Positions 20,000-29,689 of a DNA stretch of 64,000 bases are shown here, piece by piece. Each line of letters begins with the position of its first letter. Position 1 is the stretch's first letter. The translations under genes and the position numbers were made by a program. Source of the DNA: an uncultured delta proteobacterium (GTDB lineage: Bacteria > Desulfobacterota > Binatia > UBA9968); NCBI GenBank assembly GCA_963745835.1, contig CAVUZH010000002.1, positions 1 through 64,000 of the forward strand, given 5' to 3'. The notes below the pieces were generated by a model. It saw only the letters and a list, made by a program, of their open reading frames with translations, was not told where the DNA came from and searched no databases.

Positions 20000-21046
20000 T
20001 CACCGCGGCGGCAACGGATCGGCGCCGGCCAGCTTTTTGAAAAGCTCGACCACGTCGCGGTCGCGCGGCAGTTCGCGGATCGCTTTGTCCTGCTCTTCTG
20101 GCATCAGCGGCGATGCGTCGAAGCCGGAAAGCTTCTTGAACTCACGATGAAACTCCGGATCTCGAAGCGCTTTGCGGAAAGCCTCCTGGAGGATCTGCAC
20201 CTGCGGCTTGGGCGTGCCCGGCGCGAGCACGTAGGGTGTGCCGACGAGCCGGAAAGCTCGATACATCGTCAATAGTTTGTGCTCGGTCTCGGACTTGGCG
20301 AAGCTTTCAATTTCGGGCAAGCGCGCAAAGCCGTCCGGCCGGTTTCCTCTGGGGACTTCGACAATCGCGTGGAGATCCAACAATCCCTTTTTCATCTCCT
20401 CGGCATTGCGCTGGCCGAGGGTTTCAAGCGCATTCGCCCTGCCGTCCAACTCGCGGCGCTCCAGCGCAATATCGATTTCCGGGCCGCCGTAGCCGGTGAC
20501 GAATCGCGGCTCTTTGAGATCCATCAAATACGCGAAGAGCCGTCCGGTGATATAGATGTCATGCCCGACCTCCTGGGCGCCGATGCGCACTCCGGTTGCG
20601 GCGCGCAATTTTTCCAAGCTGCCGAGCCCGGCTTCTTTGCGCGTGAGAAACACGTAATGGAAGACGCTCACGGGCGAGCCCAAGTAAGTCAGCTTGTCGA
20701 TGTCGTACTGCACGCCGACGGCATCGAGGATCGCATTGGTCACCAGCGAGGACGACATGCCGCCGATGGTCAAGCCGTCCGGCTTGGCGACGCGGTAAAT
20801 GTGATTTGCCGCCTTGCGCCCGCCGCCGCCCGGCATGTATTCGGAGACGATCGTCGGGTTTCCGGGAATATATTTCTTCAGGAACGGAAACAAAGCGCGG
20901 CGGCGCAGATCGCCGGTGCCGCCGGCGTCAACGATCTGCACGACGGTGATGGTTTTGCCTTTGTAAAAATCGGCCTGGGCGTATGCATGCGCGACCGGCA
21001 CGCTTACCGATAGGACCAGCGTAGCTCCGAGAAAAAGCATTCTCAT
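20000..21046 (-). CDS. Bug/TctC substrate-binding protein
   Basis: Signal peptide; DFYKGKTI, IPGNPTIV, MPGGGGRKAANH, AKPDGLTIG. Confidence 0.9.
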   Translation of the reverse strand: MRMLFLGATLVLSVSVPVAHAYAQADFYKGKTITVVQIVDAGGTGDLRRRALFPFLKKYIPGNPTIVSEYMPGGGGRKAANHIYRVAKPDGLTIGGMSSSLVTNAILDAVGVQYDIDKLTYLGSPVSVFHYVFLTRKEAGLGSLEKLRAATGVRIGAQEVGHDIYITGRLFAYLMDLKEPRFVTGYGGPEIDIALERRELDGRANALETLGQRNAEEMKKGLLDLHAIVEVPRGNRPDGFARLPEIESFAKSETEHKLLTMYRAFRLVGTPYVLAPGTPKPQVQILQEAFRKALRDPEFHREFKKLSGFDASPLMPEEQDKAIRELPRDRDVVELFKKLAGADPLPPR

Positions 21047-21257
21047 CGAGGCCTCCTGTAATTCTAACTGGATCTTACGAATAGAGCTCCGGCAACAAAA
21101 TCGGCGCATGCACAGCACGTCGGTTTTAAACGAGAACGGGTCACAGTCTCGAGGATATTATCCGGCAGACGCTACCATTCTGGCCCACAATATACCTGGA
21201 CAAATCAACGACAACTCAGGATTACTCGCCCGGTGAAGGCGCGTTAACGCGCAAAGA

Positions 21258-22031
21258 TCAGACTACATCCTCGCCGAGCAAGCGCCGAAGCATCGCTCTG
21301 TGATCGTTGAGGAAAGCACGCGTCAGGCTGAAGTGCTCCGTGGCTGTATAGTCGATTGCTTCGAGCGCATTCTCCGTCAGGAGATAAATCTTCGCCTTGG
21401 GATATGCCATGAGGATCGGAGAATGAGTGGCGATTATGAATTGCGATCCTTTCAGCACTAAATCGTGAATCATCGATAAGAGGCTGAGCTGTCGCGTTGG
21501 CGACAAGGCGGCTTCCGGCTCGTCCACGATATACAAACCTTCACCGCCCAGGCGATTTGCAAACAGGGCCAGGAACGATTCGCCGTGCGACTGCTCGTGT
21601 AACGAGCGGCCGCCGTACGAATCCTTGATCGGCGGTCCGAAACTCGGCTGTTCATCGAGCTCATCGATCTCCGTCGCCACGTTGTAGTAGCTTTCAGCGC
21701 GGAAGAAGTAGCCGTCCCTTTGTCGTCGCGCTGACCGGCTAAGGCGCATCGCCCCATGCAGCGGTGAATGGGTCACCCGGGTGGCAAATCGAAAGTTTCG
21801 CGAGCCCCCCTCGGGATTGAATCCCATGCCTGTAGCAATCGCTTCGAGCAGCGTGGACTTTCCCGTCCCGTTCTCCCCGACGAAGAACGTTACAGAGGGA
21901 TGGAACCGGACCGACTCGACGTGCCGGACAGCAGGCAGATTGAACGGGTATTCCTCCCAGGACGGGATCTTGGCCGGATTCAGACGGACTTCGACCAGGA
22001 ATGGCTGGCTCTGCAAATTCTGACGCTTCAT
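21258..22031 (-). CDS. ABC/AAA-family ATPase (COG3910-like)
   Basis: Walker A GENGTGKSTLLE, signature SHGESF, Walker B YIVDEPEAALSP, IIATHSPIL. Confidence 0.9.
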   Translation of the reverse strand: MKRQNLQSQPFLVEVRLNPAKIPSWEEYPFNLPAVRHVESVRFHPSVTFFVGENGTGKSTLLEAIATGMGFNPEGGSRNFRFATRVTHSPLHGAMRLSRSARRQRDGYFFRAESYYNVATEIDELDEQPSFGPPIKDSYGGRSLHEQSHGESFLALFANRLGGEGLYIVDEPEAALSPTRQLSLLSMIHDLVLKGSQFIIATHSPILMAYPKAKIYLLTENALEAIDYTATEHFSLTRAFLNDHRAMLRRLLGEDVV

Positions 22032-22140
22032 CGAACCACTCGGTAGGCTCCGACCACTTACATAGCGTTGGCTCGCTTGAACCTGATCACCACGTGCCCG
22101 TACGCCCATATACTCCACCCGCTTGCACGTGATCTGCTCG

Positions 22141-22412
22141 TCGGAATAGGTTCGGTCACAGATCAATCTCCGAACAAAGCATCCATATACGTGGGAATGC
22201 CATAGCGATACCTATGACGCCGTCTATAATCGCTAGTTGAGGGATCTTCAAAACTTCTGAGCGAAGACGGCCGAAGCGGTTCATTGGAATAAAAAGTGGG
22301 AGCGGGTGCTCGATGATTGGCGCCCGCGGTTCTATCGCTCGTTTCCCGGCGGATTGTTCAATACTTCGTACAACGCGCTCGGCCGGGCCGATCGCCATCA
22401 CAGTCCTGTCAC
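22141..22412 (+). pseudogene. Decayed copy of the upstream region and 5' end of prpE (33121-33430)
   Basis: Shared TCGGAATAGG upstream block and CTATGACGC.GTCTATA, GGCCGAAGCGGT.CATTGG.ATAAAAAGTGGGA, CAATACTT..TACAACGCGCT; in-frame stops. Confidence 0.85.
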
Positions 22413-22536
22413 ATTACCACACAGTCTTAGGGTTGAACCTGCGCAATACGTCGATCGATTAAGGGACGTCAAAGATGTAACGAGTCGCGTCACATGAGAT
22501 ACAACTAAACCCTCAAAATACGGGCGGATTTCAGAA

Positions 22537-23607
22537 TCAGTTTTCTCCCTTGGCCAGACCCGCTCCGGCCGCTCGCTGTTCAAGTTTCAACTGCGCTGCC
22601 CGTGCGCAGCCTTGCATGACCTGAAAATATTTCTGCACCCAATCGGCGCCGATCTCGTAGGGATGCGGCCCGTTGTCGCGGCCGGCGAGCATACGGTTCT
22701 TATTGACGGCGTTGTCGAACTCGGAGTGGTTGGAGAGCAGCACGCTGGCTTTCGTTTCGGCCGCTTTTGCGGCGATATGTTTTTGCGAATCGATGTAGGT
22801 TTGAAAATTCTTAATGCCAGGATCGGGCGTGTTGTTGACGAAGTTAAACGCTGTGCCGCCGGAGTAAGCAACGTTGACCGGCTTGCCTTGGTCGAGAACG
22901 CTGAAGGTGTAGGACATCGTGCCGGGCGTGTGTCCGGGGGTGAGCCAAATGGTAACCGCCGTTTCGCCGAGCGTGATTTTCATGCCGTCAGTTGCGACGA
23001 TGTCGCGTTTGGGCGCCATGGTTTTATACCGGTTCGGATATTTCTCGACCCAGTCCCAATCCGGACCAGCCATGACGATGCGGGCGCCGTAGCGCTTCTG
23101 CAAGGTTTCGGCGCCGCCGATGTGATCGCCGTGGGCGTGCGAGATGAGCACATATTTGATCTGCGCCGGGTCGAGTCCGACTTTCTTCATGCCGCCGATG
23201 ATCAACTCCTCCGAGTTATACGGATAGATCGTGTCGATCAAAATAATGCCGTCCCTGGTCGTCAGCGCCCATGAGGAGTGCAGCTTACCGCCGACGAAAT
23301 ATAGATTATCGAAAACCTTGGCCGGCTCGGCGAACCAGGTCTCGCGTGGCGGGGCCTTGCTGGGATCAGTGACATATGGCGGCGCAACGTCGGTCAGATT
23401 TTCTCCGCCGCTCTGCGGCAGCAAGCAGGTCCGCACCAGAGTGCCGAGAAATTCAAAGCCGGCGGCGGTCTTCGCCGCTTGTAATGCGGCGTTGATTTCG
23501 GTTTCGAAATTTCTTTTGGTGGGAGTTTGTTGCGCAAATGGCTCGCCGATTCCGACCGCGAGCAAAACGACCAGTGCGATAGCGGATCTTGGGTTAACTA
23601 GCTTCAT
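22537..23607 (-). CDS. Secreted MBL-fold metallo-hydrolase, subclass B3 beta-lactamase-like
   Basis: Signal peptide; PAKVFDNLYFVG, LIDT, SHAHGDHIGG (HxHxDH), TPGHTPG, SNH. Confidence 0.85.
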   Translation of the reverse strand: MKLVNPRSAIALVVLLAVGIGEPFAQQTPTKRNFETEINAALQAAKTAAGFEFLGTLVRTCLLPQSGGENLTDVAPPYVTDPSKAPPRETWFAEPAKVFDNLYFVGGKLHSSWALTTRDGIILIDTIYPYNSEELIIGGMKKVGLDPAQIKYVLISHAHGDHIGGAETLQKRYGARIVMAGPDWDWVEKYPNRYKTMAPKRDIVATDGMKITLGETAVTIWLTPGHTPGTMSYTFSVLDQGKPVNVAYSGGTAFNFVNNTPDPGIKNFQTYIDSQKHIAAKAAETKASVLLSNHSEFDNAVNKNRMLAGRDNGPHPYEIGADWVQKYFQVMQGCARAAQLKLEQRAAGAGLAKGEN

Positions 23608-23727
23608 CGTGCCCTCCGCGTTACAAGATTGGCAACGGAGCTAATATTAGACAAGCCCAGCCATTTGTCTATCGAATTATTCGTTTCTAGACTTAGCGCG
23701 CAGGAGATGGCAGATTCTGGCACTGGC

Positions 23728-23743
23728 TGGTATGCCGTATGCT
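23728..23743 (+). promoter_or_regulatory. Possible sigma-54 (-24/-12) promoter
   Basis: TGGTATGCCGTATGCT, GG-N10-GC spacing, ~90 bp upstream of the ADH start; one mismatch to TTGC. Confidence 0.35.
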
Positions 23744-23833
23744 TCAGTGAGCTGAGACCCGAACCCAGCTTTCTTAGGCCGTGTTAGAAAGCGCCGAAAA
23801 GGTTTCAACCAACTCTTCTTAGCGAAGGAGGAA

Positions 23834-24901
23834 ATGCAAATGCGTGCAGCGCGAATGCATGGTTATCGGCAGCCGCTTGTTCTCGAAGATGTCAAAGTTC
23901 CCGAAATAGCTGCCGATGAGGTCTTGCTGAAAGTAGCGGCGGCCGGAATGTGCCGGACCGACGCTCAGATGGTGGACGGCTACTTCGAGCCCTATCACCC
24001 GCTGACGTTTCCAATCACGCCCGGTCATGAGATCGCCGGCACTGTCGAAAAGTTAGGCAACCTCGTGCCTAAAACGTCTGCACTGATCGAGGGCGATCAG
24101 GTGGTCGTCGTCGGAGGTATGGGCGACGGGACCTGTCGCCTCTGCCAAGCGGGCAACACACAGATTTGCGGGCACGGAAGTTGGCCGGGATTCGGCCCGC
24201 CCGGCGGTTATGGGGAGTTCGTCCCGGTCCCGTACCAGTACCTCATCCGCGTCGACAAAAAATACAATCTGAAAGCCGAAGAGTTGGCGCCGCTCACAGA
24301 TGCGGGACTCACGCCGTACAGAGGCATCAAGAAATTGCGCGACGCCGGCGCGCTTGGGCCGGACAGGGTTCTGGCGGTCATCGGCATCGGCGGTCTGGGA
24401 GCTTATGCCGTCCAGTACGCGAAGCTGTTTTCGTCCGGGGCGACGGTCGTGGCGTTCGGAAGAAATGACGAGAAGCTGGCGGTCGCCAAAGAATACGGCG
24501 CGGATCACGTGATCAACATCAAAGGGAAATCTATCGACGACATCCGGGCACAGTTGAACAAAGCCACCGGCCACAAAGAGATCGACGGCGCGGTGGACTG
24601 CGTCGGCGCCGAAGAAACCATTCAGATGGGATTCAACCTGCTCGCCACCGCGGGCACGTACTGCTCGGTCGGGCTGGTCGGGACGCGCATCAACATTCCA
24701 CTCTTCCCGTTCGTCGCCCGCGAGTTTACGTACCACGGTTCCTTCTGGGGCAACTACAACGACCTGAGCGAAGTCATCGCGCTGGCCCAACAGGGAAAGA
24801 TCAAGCACACACTGAAGAGAGTCAGGTTCGACGACATCAACGAGGCTTTGGAACAGCTGCGCGACGGCGACGTCATCGGACGCGCTGTCGTTACTTTCTA
24901 A
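23834..24901 (+). CDS. Zn-dependent NAD(P)-dependent alcohol dehydrogenase (MDR family)
   Basis: GMCRTD, TPGHE, DGTCRLC...C, APLTDAGLTPY, GIGGLG; AAGGAGG RBS. Confidence 0.93.
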   Translation: MQMRAARMHGYRQPLVLEDVKVPEIAADEVLLKVAAAGMCRTDAQMVDGYFEPYHPLTFPITPGHEIAGTVEKLGNLVPKTSALIEGDQVVVVGGMGDGTCRLCQAGNTQICGHGSWPGFGPPGGYGEFVPVPYQYLIRVDKKYNLKAEELAPLTDAGLTPYRGIKKLRDAGALGPDRVLAVIGIGGLGAYAVQYAKLFSSGATVVAFGRNDEKLAVAKEYGADHVINIKGKSIDDIRAQLNKATGHKEIDGAVDCVGAEETIQMGFNLLATAGTYCSVGLVGTRINIPLFPFVAREFTYHGSFWGNYNDLSEVIALAQQGKIKHTLKRVRFDDINEALEQLRDGDVIGRAVVTF

Positions 24902-25223
24902 CCACACTCAAGATGACGGTCGGTTATGAAGTTGAGAGAGTCATCGCAGCGCTGGTCGTGTTTTCAAAAAATCGTCATTGGATTCTTCTCCGTGACGATG
25001 AACAACAAAAGTAAAAATCTGTCTCGACTCCAAACGGTGCAGTGTGATTTGATTTAGAATTGTGACTTGCGGTATGTAGCGAAGCTGGGCGGATTTTCGA
25101 CAAGGCATCGGCAAAGGCAAAGCAGTTGCTTCAGGCGACTTGGCTGTGCGTGACCCGGTTGTTCCGGATCATGTCAGTTGGAGCGGGATAAGAGACCCGC
25201 CAATGCACCAGAAAGGAACACTT

Positions 25224-26258
25224 ATGTACCGCAAACCGAGATACCTGTTGGCCAGCTTGATTATCGCTTTCTGCATCACGGGAATTGCCTGGGGAGCTGC
25301 CGACGAAGGATTCTACAAAGGAAAGACGCTTCGTTTGATCGTAGCTTTTGCCCCTGGCGGAGGTTTCGACACATACAGTCGGGCCATCGGCCGGCACATG
25401 AGCAAACACATTCCCGGCAATCCATCGGTTATAGTTGAGAATATGACCGGCGCCGGTGGCTTCATTCATGCCAATTACATGTATCGACAGGCCAAGCCCG
25501 ACGGTCTCACCCTCGGCAATAACATCGGCGGCTTGATCCTGCAGCAGATAATGGGAGCAAAGGGAGCCGATTTCGACGGCAAAAACTTCGAGTTCATCGG
25601 GGCGCCGTCCATCGACAATCCGGTTTGCGTGCTGACCAAGGCCAGCGGCATCACCAGCGTGGATCAATGGTTTGCCGCGAAGCAGCCCGTGAAGCTGGGG
25701 GGAGTTGGCGCGGGCGGCACGGCTTCCGATGTCGCCAGGGCCGTCGGGGCGGCACTGAAGCTGCCAATCCGAGTCGTCGAACCGTATAAAGGCACGGCTG
25801 AAATCAAGTTGTCTGCCGAAAGCGGGGAGCTGGATGGAGGTTGTTGGGCTTGGGAGTCAATGAAGACGATGTGGCCGGGCGCGCTGAAAGAAGGGGACGT
25901 GAAGGTTGTTCTCATGGTGATGCCAAAAAAACATCCTGAGCTTCCCAATGTTCCGCTCGCTATCGATTACGCCAAAACTGACGACGCGCGGCGCATTTTG
26001 AAGTACGCCGTTCACGATATCGCCACGCTTACGCGCATCTATTTCGTACCGCCGGCAACGCCAAAGGATCGCGTAGAAACATTGCGCAAAGCTTTCGCCG
26101 ACACGCTGAAGGATCCAGAGTTTCTCGCTGACGCGAAGAAGTCGAAACTGGACATCGAAGCAGTGACCGGCGAAGAGTTGCAAAAGCTTGTGCAGGATCT
26201 CTACAAAATCGATCCGTCAACGCTAGCAAGACTCAAAGAGGTGCTGTTGCCGAAGTAA
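25224..26258 (+). CDS. Bug/TctC substrate-binding protein
   Basis: FYKGKTLRLIVAFAPGGGFD, HIPGNPSVIVENMTGAGG, AKPDGLT. Confidence 0.9.
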   Translation: MYRKPRYLLASLIIAFCITGIAWGAADEGFYKGKTLRLIVAFAPGGGFDTYSRAIGRHMSKHIPGNPSVIVENMTGAGGFIHANYMYRQAKPDGLTLGNNIGGLILQQIMGAKGADFDGKNFEFIGAPSIDNPVCVLTKASGITSVDQWFAAKQPVKLGGVGAGGTASDVARAVGAALKLPIRVVEPYKGTAEIKLSAESGELDGGCWAWESMKTMWPGALKEGDVKVVLMVMPKKHPELPNVPLAIDYAKTDDARRILKYAVHDIATLTRIYFVPPATPKDRVETLRKAFADTLKDPEFLADAKKSKLDIEAVTGEELQKLVQDLYKIDPSTLARLKEVLLPK

Positions 26259-26404
26259 CGACCGTACGCGGCCGCATGAGCAGTCGTTTTCGGAACTGCC
26301 CGAAGCGCTTTTTTTTCAATATCTGGCCAGCGCGCATCGCATCAACGTTCAACGCAATCACGGCGTGAGACACTACTAACGCCATGCCGTCGAATGTTCG
26401 AGCT

Positions 26405-26520
26405 GACGCAGCACCGGCACGAGTTCAACTGTCGTCGGCGCGCTTACAACTGCTTTCAAACCCTTCGGCACAGAGGCCCTGTACATCCGCATCCTGGTGG
26501 TAGCGACCTTCGTTGGACAA
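26405..26520 (-). pseudogene. Decayed copy of the small gene 28567..28752
   Basis: CGAGTTCAACTGT...CCCTTCGGCACAGAGGCCCTGTACATCCGCATCCT versus CGAGGTCAACTGT...CCCCTCCGCACAGAGGCCCTGCATGCCGGCATCCT. Confidence 0.6.
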
Positions 26521-26576
26521 AAACCCGACTCCTACGATCGTCCCCACTCGCTTCCGATGAAATTTGAAACGCATTG

Positions 26577-27440
26577 CTAGTGCTTTGCCAGCACTACCAG
26601 GATCGTTCCCGTCACGGTGAGCAGCGCGCCGATGATGACCCGTAGATTGATGGCTTCCAGATCTCTAAGAAAGATGGCCGTAAACAGTAGAGTCAGCACC
26701 GGATTGGAACTGACCAGGGGCTCGACGATGACGACTTTGCCATGACTGAGAGCGTAAAACACCGAGAGTGTCGCCGCGGTATTGAACAGCGCCGCGGTGA
26801 AAAGCCAACCTGCGCTACGGCGCGTGAGCTTTAACGCCGATTTGCCGCCGCGAACCTGCAGCAAAACAAACGAGAAGAGCGCCGCCGAGCCCGCCGTGAT
26901 CGCGGCCGCGAGCACCGGGATCGGAACGTAGTCCAGACCGGCCTTGCGCAAAATCGCCGAGGCGCCGAAAGCGCTGGCGCCGATCAAGGGATAGATTACA
27001 TCCAGCTTACGCCACGGGCCTTGCGCGGGCTTGGACACCGACAGCGAAATGACGCCGCTGATCACCAGCAGCGTTCCGACGATGTTCTGCGGCACCCAGA
27101 CTTCGGCGAGAAAGATTACCGCGAAGATCGAGGCAAAGATCGGGGATGAATTGGCGACGGGCACCGAGCGCGCCACGCCGATCTTCTCGATTCCCACATA
27201 GCTCATAGTCCGGCCGATGCCGGGAGCGAAAATGCCGGCCGCTACAAAGATCAGCGACACCGGCGTCCACAGAGCCGAGAAGGGCGCAAAAAAGGGAAAC
27301 ATGAGCCAGAGCACCGCCGCCGTCATCGACAACGAGATGAACGAGCCGGTCATCGCGTTGGATTCGACCAAGCCGCGCCGGATGAAGATATGCGCGATAG
27401 AGAAGAAGAGCGCCGCCTGAAACGAGAAGTAAATATCCAT
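26577..27440 (-). CDS. EamA/DMT family transporter
   Basis: 10 hydrophobic segments, GIEKIGVARS, FAVIFLAE. Confidence 0.85.
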   Translation of the reverse strand: MDIYFSFQAALFFSIAHIFIRRGLVESNAMTGSFISLSMTAAVLWLMFPFFAPFSALWTPVSLIFVAAGIFAPGIGRTMSYVGIEKIGVARSVPVANSSPIFASIFAVIFLAEVWVPQNIVGTLLVISGVISLSVSKPAQGPWRKLDVIYPLIGASAFGASAILRKAGLDYVPIPVLAAAITAGSAALFSFVLLQVRGGKSALKLTRRSAGWLFTAALFNTAATLSVFYALSHGKVVIVEPLVSSNPVLTLLFTAIFLRDLEAINLRVIIGALLTVTGTILVVLAKH

Positions 27441-27443
27441 GGG

Positions 27444-28307
27444 TTATTTTGCGGTGACCACCAGCACGGTGCCGGTGATGATGATGACGGCGCCGAAAAT
27501 ATCGCGGGGCGTCAGTTGCTCCAGGCCGCGAAAGAACAAAGCGCTCCAGAGAATCGTCAGCACCGGATTGCACGCGACCAGCGGTTCCACCCGAACGACC
27601 TTGCCGAGATTGAGCGCGGAGAAAAACGAAAGAATCGCGCCCATGTTCACCAGGGCCGCGGCGAAGAGCCATACGGTGCCGCGCCGCTCGAATTTGAGCG
27701 CGCTTTGCCCGCTGCGAAAGCCGACGATGAGCAGGAAAAATAAAAAAGCCGAGCCGACTGTCACCGCCGCGGCGAGAAGCGGGTCGGGCACCTCGACCAG
27801 GCCGCGCTTGCGAAGCAGGGTGGAGATGCCGAACGCGACCGCCCCGAGGATCGGGAAAACGATGTCCTTTCTGCGCCAGTCCGTAGCAACCGATCCTCGG
27901 GCGGAGGAGAGTACGGCAATGCCAGCGATCACGAGGCACGTCCCCAGAATGTTTTGCGCCAGCCATAGTTCGCCCAGAAGCAACACCGCAAACATGGACG
28001 AAAAGATCGGTGAAGTGTTGACGATGGCCGAGGCGCGCGCCACGCCGATGCGCTCCATGCCGATGTAGCCCAGAGTCTGGCCGATGGCGGGCGCAAACAG
28101 GCCGGCGGCGGCGAAATAGCCCGTCGCGGAATTCTTCAGCAGGCCGAGCGGGGCAAATAAAACTGCGAGAATCCAGAATCCCGTAGCGCTGGTGCCGAGG
28201 GAGATCAGCGAGCCGGTAAGAGCGTTGGAATGAACCAGGCCGCGGCGCACAAAGATATGAGCGACCGAAAAGCAGAATGCGGCCTGCAGCGCGTAGTATT
28301 CAGCCAT
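27444..28307 (-). CDS. EamA/DMT family transporter (tandem paralog)
   Basis: Same length (287 aa) as the adjacent gene, with matching motifs: AHIFVRRGLV.SNA.TGS, GMERIGVARA, GKVV.VEPLV. Confidence 0.85.
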   Translation of the reverse strand: MAEYYALQAAFCFSVAHIFVRRGLVHSNALTGSLISLGTSATGFWILAVLFAPLGLLKNSATGYFAAAGLFAPAIGQTLGYIGMERIGVARASAIVNTSPIFSSMFAVLLLGELWLAQNILGTCLVIAGIAVLSSARGSVATDWRRKDIVFPILGAVAFGISTLLRKRGLVEVPDPLLAAAVTVGSAFLFFLLIVGFRSGQSALKFERRGTVWLFAAALVNMGAILSFFSALNLGKVVRVEPLVACNPVLTILWSALFFRGLEQLTPRDIFGAVIIITGTVLVVTAK

Positions 28308-28566
28308 GGTGTCCGGGCAAGAAAATGGCCGCTTCAGTGAGGCCCGCTGACGGCAGATTCACGCGGACGGCGGCAGCCATACATCCTCGTGCTGATTCCA
28401 AACCGCTCCGCGCTCCGACCATGCGCGGCTGCGCGCCGTGTGCTTAGGAGAACCCGTAGCATCAGATTTATAATGAAACATGCAGTTCATTCGCCATCCC
28501 AAACCGTCACGTGCAACGCATGTTAGTGTCGATCCGCGCTAATCATCGGCACGCTACATAGGCAGA

Positions 28567-28752
28567 TCAATCTGCTGGCGGCTGTTGAAACTCACGCACG
28601 AGCGGCGCGAGGTCAACTGTTCTCAGCGCGTCAACGGCGGCTTCCCAACGCCCCTCCGCACAGAGGCCCTGCATGCCGGCATCCTCGTATGCTTGAACGA
28701 CCGCGTCGAGGCATACCTCTCGAATGCGTTTGGCGAGATCTTCTAGGTCCAT
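28567..28752 (-). CDS. Small conserved hypothetical protein
   Basis: GGAG RBS; AYEDAGMQGLCAEGRWEAAV motif; a decayed copy exists at 26.4 kb. Confidence 0.65.
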   Translation of the reverse strand: MDLEDLAKRIREVCLDAVVQAYEDAGMQGLCAEGRWEAAVDALRTVDLAPLVREFQQPPAD

Positions 28753-28959
28753 ATAGCTCCCACAGAACAGGTTCGATTAGAAGGATGGTATTTTTCAATC
28801 CGCTACGAGGTCGGGCATGAGTAATTCACTTATTGCGTCTGACTGACAGTTGCTGCATCGAGAATTGTTTCTCCGGCTTTCGGGGCTTATTCTTCCTCGA
28901 TGTCGGAGTTTAGACATTTTGCGCCGGTGTTCCGATATCCTCACGGCCGGCCACAGGGC

Positions 28960-29223
28960 TTAGCTAACAATCCGCCGGTAAAATTCACGCCGCTGTCCTA
29001 TACCTACGATCAGCAGCGCCCTTCCTTTAACTTGGTACAGAGTCCGATAATCCCGCACATGCAAGCGGTAGATCTGCTCGTCGCCTGCCAACTTCTTAAT
29101 GCCTGCCGGATACGGATTTTGAGCCAGAGCGTCGATTCGTCGAGCAATCCTTTTTCGGAGCGATCCATCCAGCGCTCTAAAATCTCGTTCGGCTCGCGGC
29201 GCGAACTCCATGCGCAATGCCAA
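28960..29223 (-). CDS. RelE/ParE family type II toxin
   Basis: FAPRAERDFRAL...LAQNPYPAGIKKLAG...YRLHVRDYRTLY; starts directly after the antitoxin stop. Confidence 0.8.
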   Translation of the reverse strand: MALRMEFAPRAERDFRALDGSLRKRIARRIDALAQNPYPAGIKKLAGDEQIYRLHVRDYRTLYQVKGRALLIVGIGQRREFYRRIVS

Positions 29224-29478
29224 TCAGATGCCCAAGTCTTTCTTGATCCTATCCCATGATTTAGTGCCTTTTCTTTTGGCTTCGGACAGCGCTTCCCGCG
29301 CCTCTTCCAGGTCGATCTTATCTTCCAAAGCTTCCAACAATTTTACGTCTTCGATAGGGACGACCTGCGACAATCTCCTTGCCCCGGCGCGTCAGCGTAA
29401 CTCGCTCTTTGGCGAAAGCCGCCCGATTGATGATTTCAGAAAACTGAGCCCGGGCGTCTACTGTGTTCACTTGTCCAT
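29224..29478 (-). pseudogene. Phd/YefM family antitoxin, frameshifted
   Basis: VNTVDARAQFSEIINRAAFAKERVTLTRRGKEIVA / VVPIEDVKLLEALEDKIDLEEAREALSEAKRKGTKSWDRIKKDLGI; shifts near 29475 and 29365. Confidence 0.8.
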
Positions 29479-29569
29479 AGCCGTGACCCTCCGCGTTTGC
29501 CCCAAATGTACATTTGAGCGAGACCGCCTTCAAATGCCGCATAAGAATTTCGGAAACGGAGGTTCGCAA

Positions 29570-29589
29570 GGTCAGATGAGTTATTGACT
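29570..29589. repeat. Inverted copy of the second-type TIR-like motif
   Basis: GGTCAGATGAGTTATTGACT; its reverse complement AGTCAATAACTCATCTGACC matches 6871. Confidence 0.5.
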
Positions 29590-29689
29590 CGGCTTTATCC
29601 AGTTTCTGCCTCTACAGCAAATTTTTTTTCTTTCTGTGGTGATTTCCGCGTTGATCTGGCATAGCTGTGGAGATCGCGCTGCTCCCAAC

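Noticed and set aside
21258-22031. ABC-type ATPase as partner of the orphan SBPs or as a defence system
   Set aside because: The SHGESF signature indicates the stand-alone COG3910-like family; there is no adjacent permease or nuclease.
28330-28465. Possible short leader ORF or riboswitch upstream of the EamA pair
   Set aside because: No clear RBS or recognisable aptamer motif; cannot be supported.
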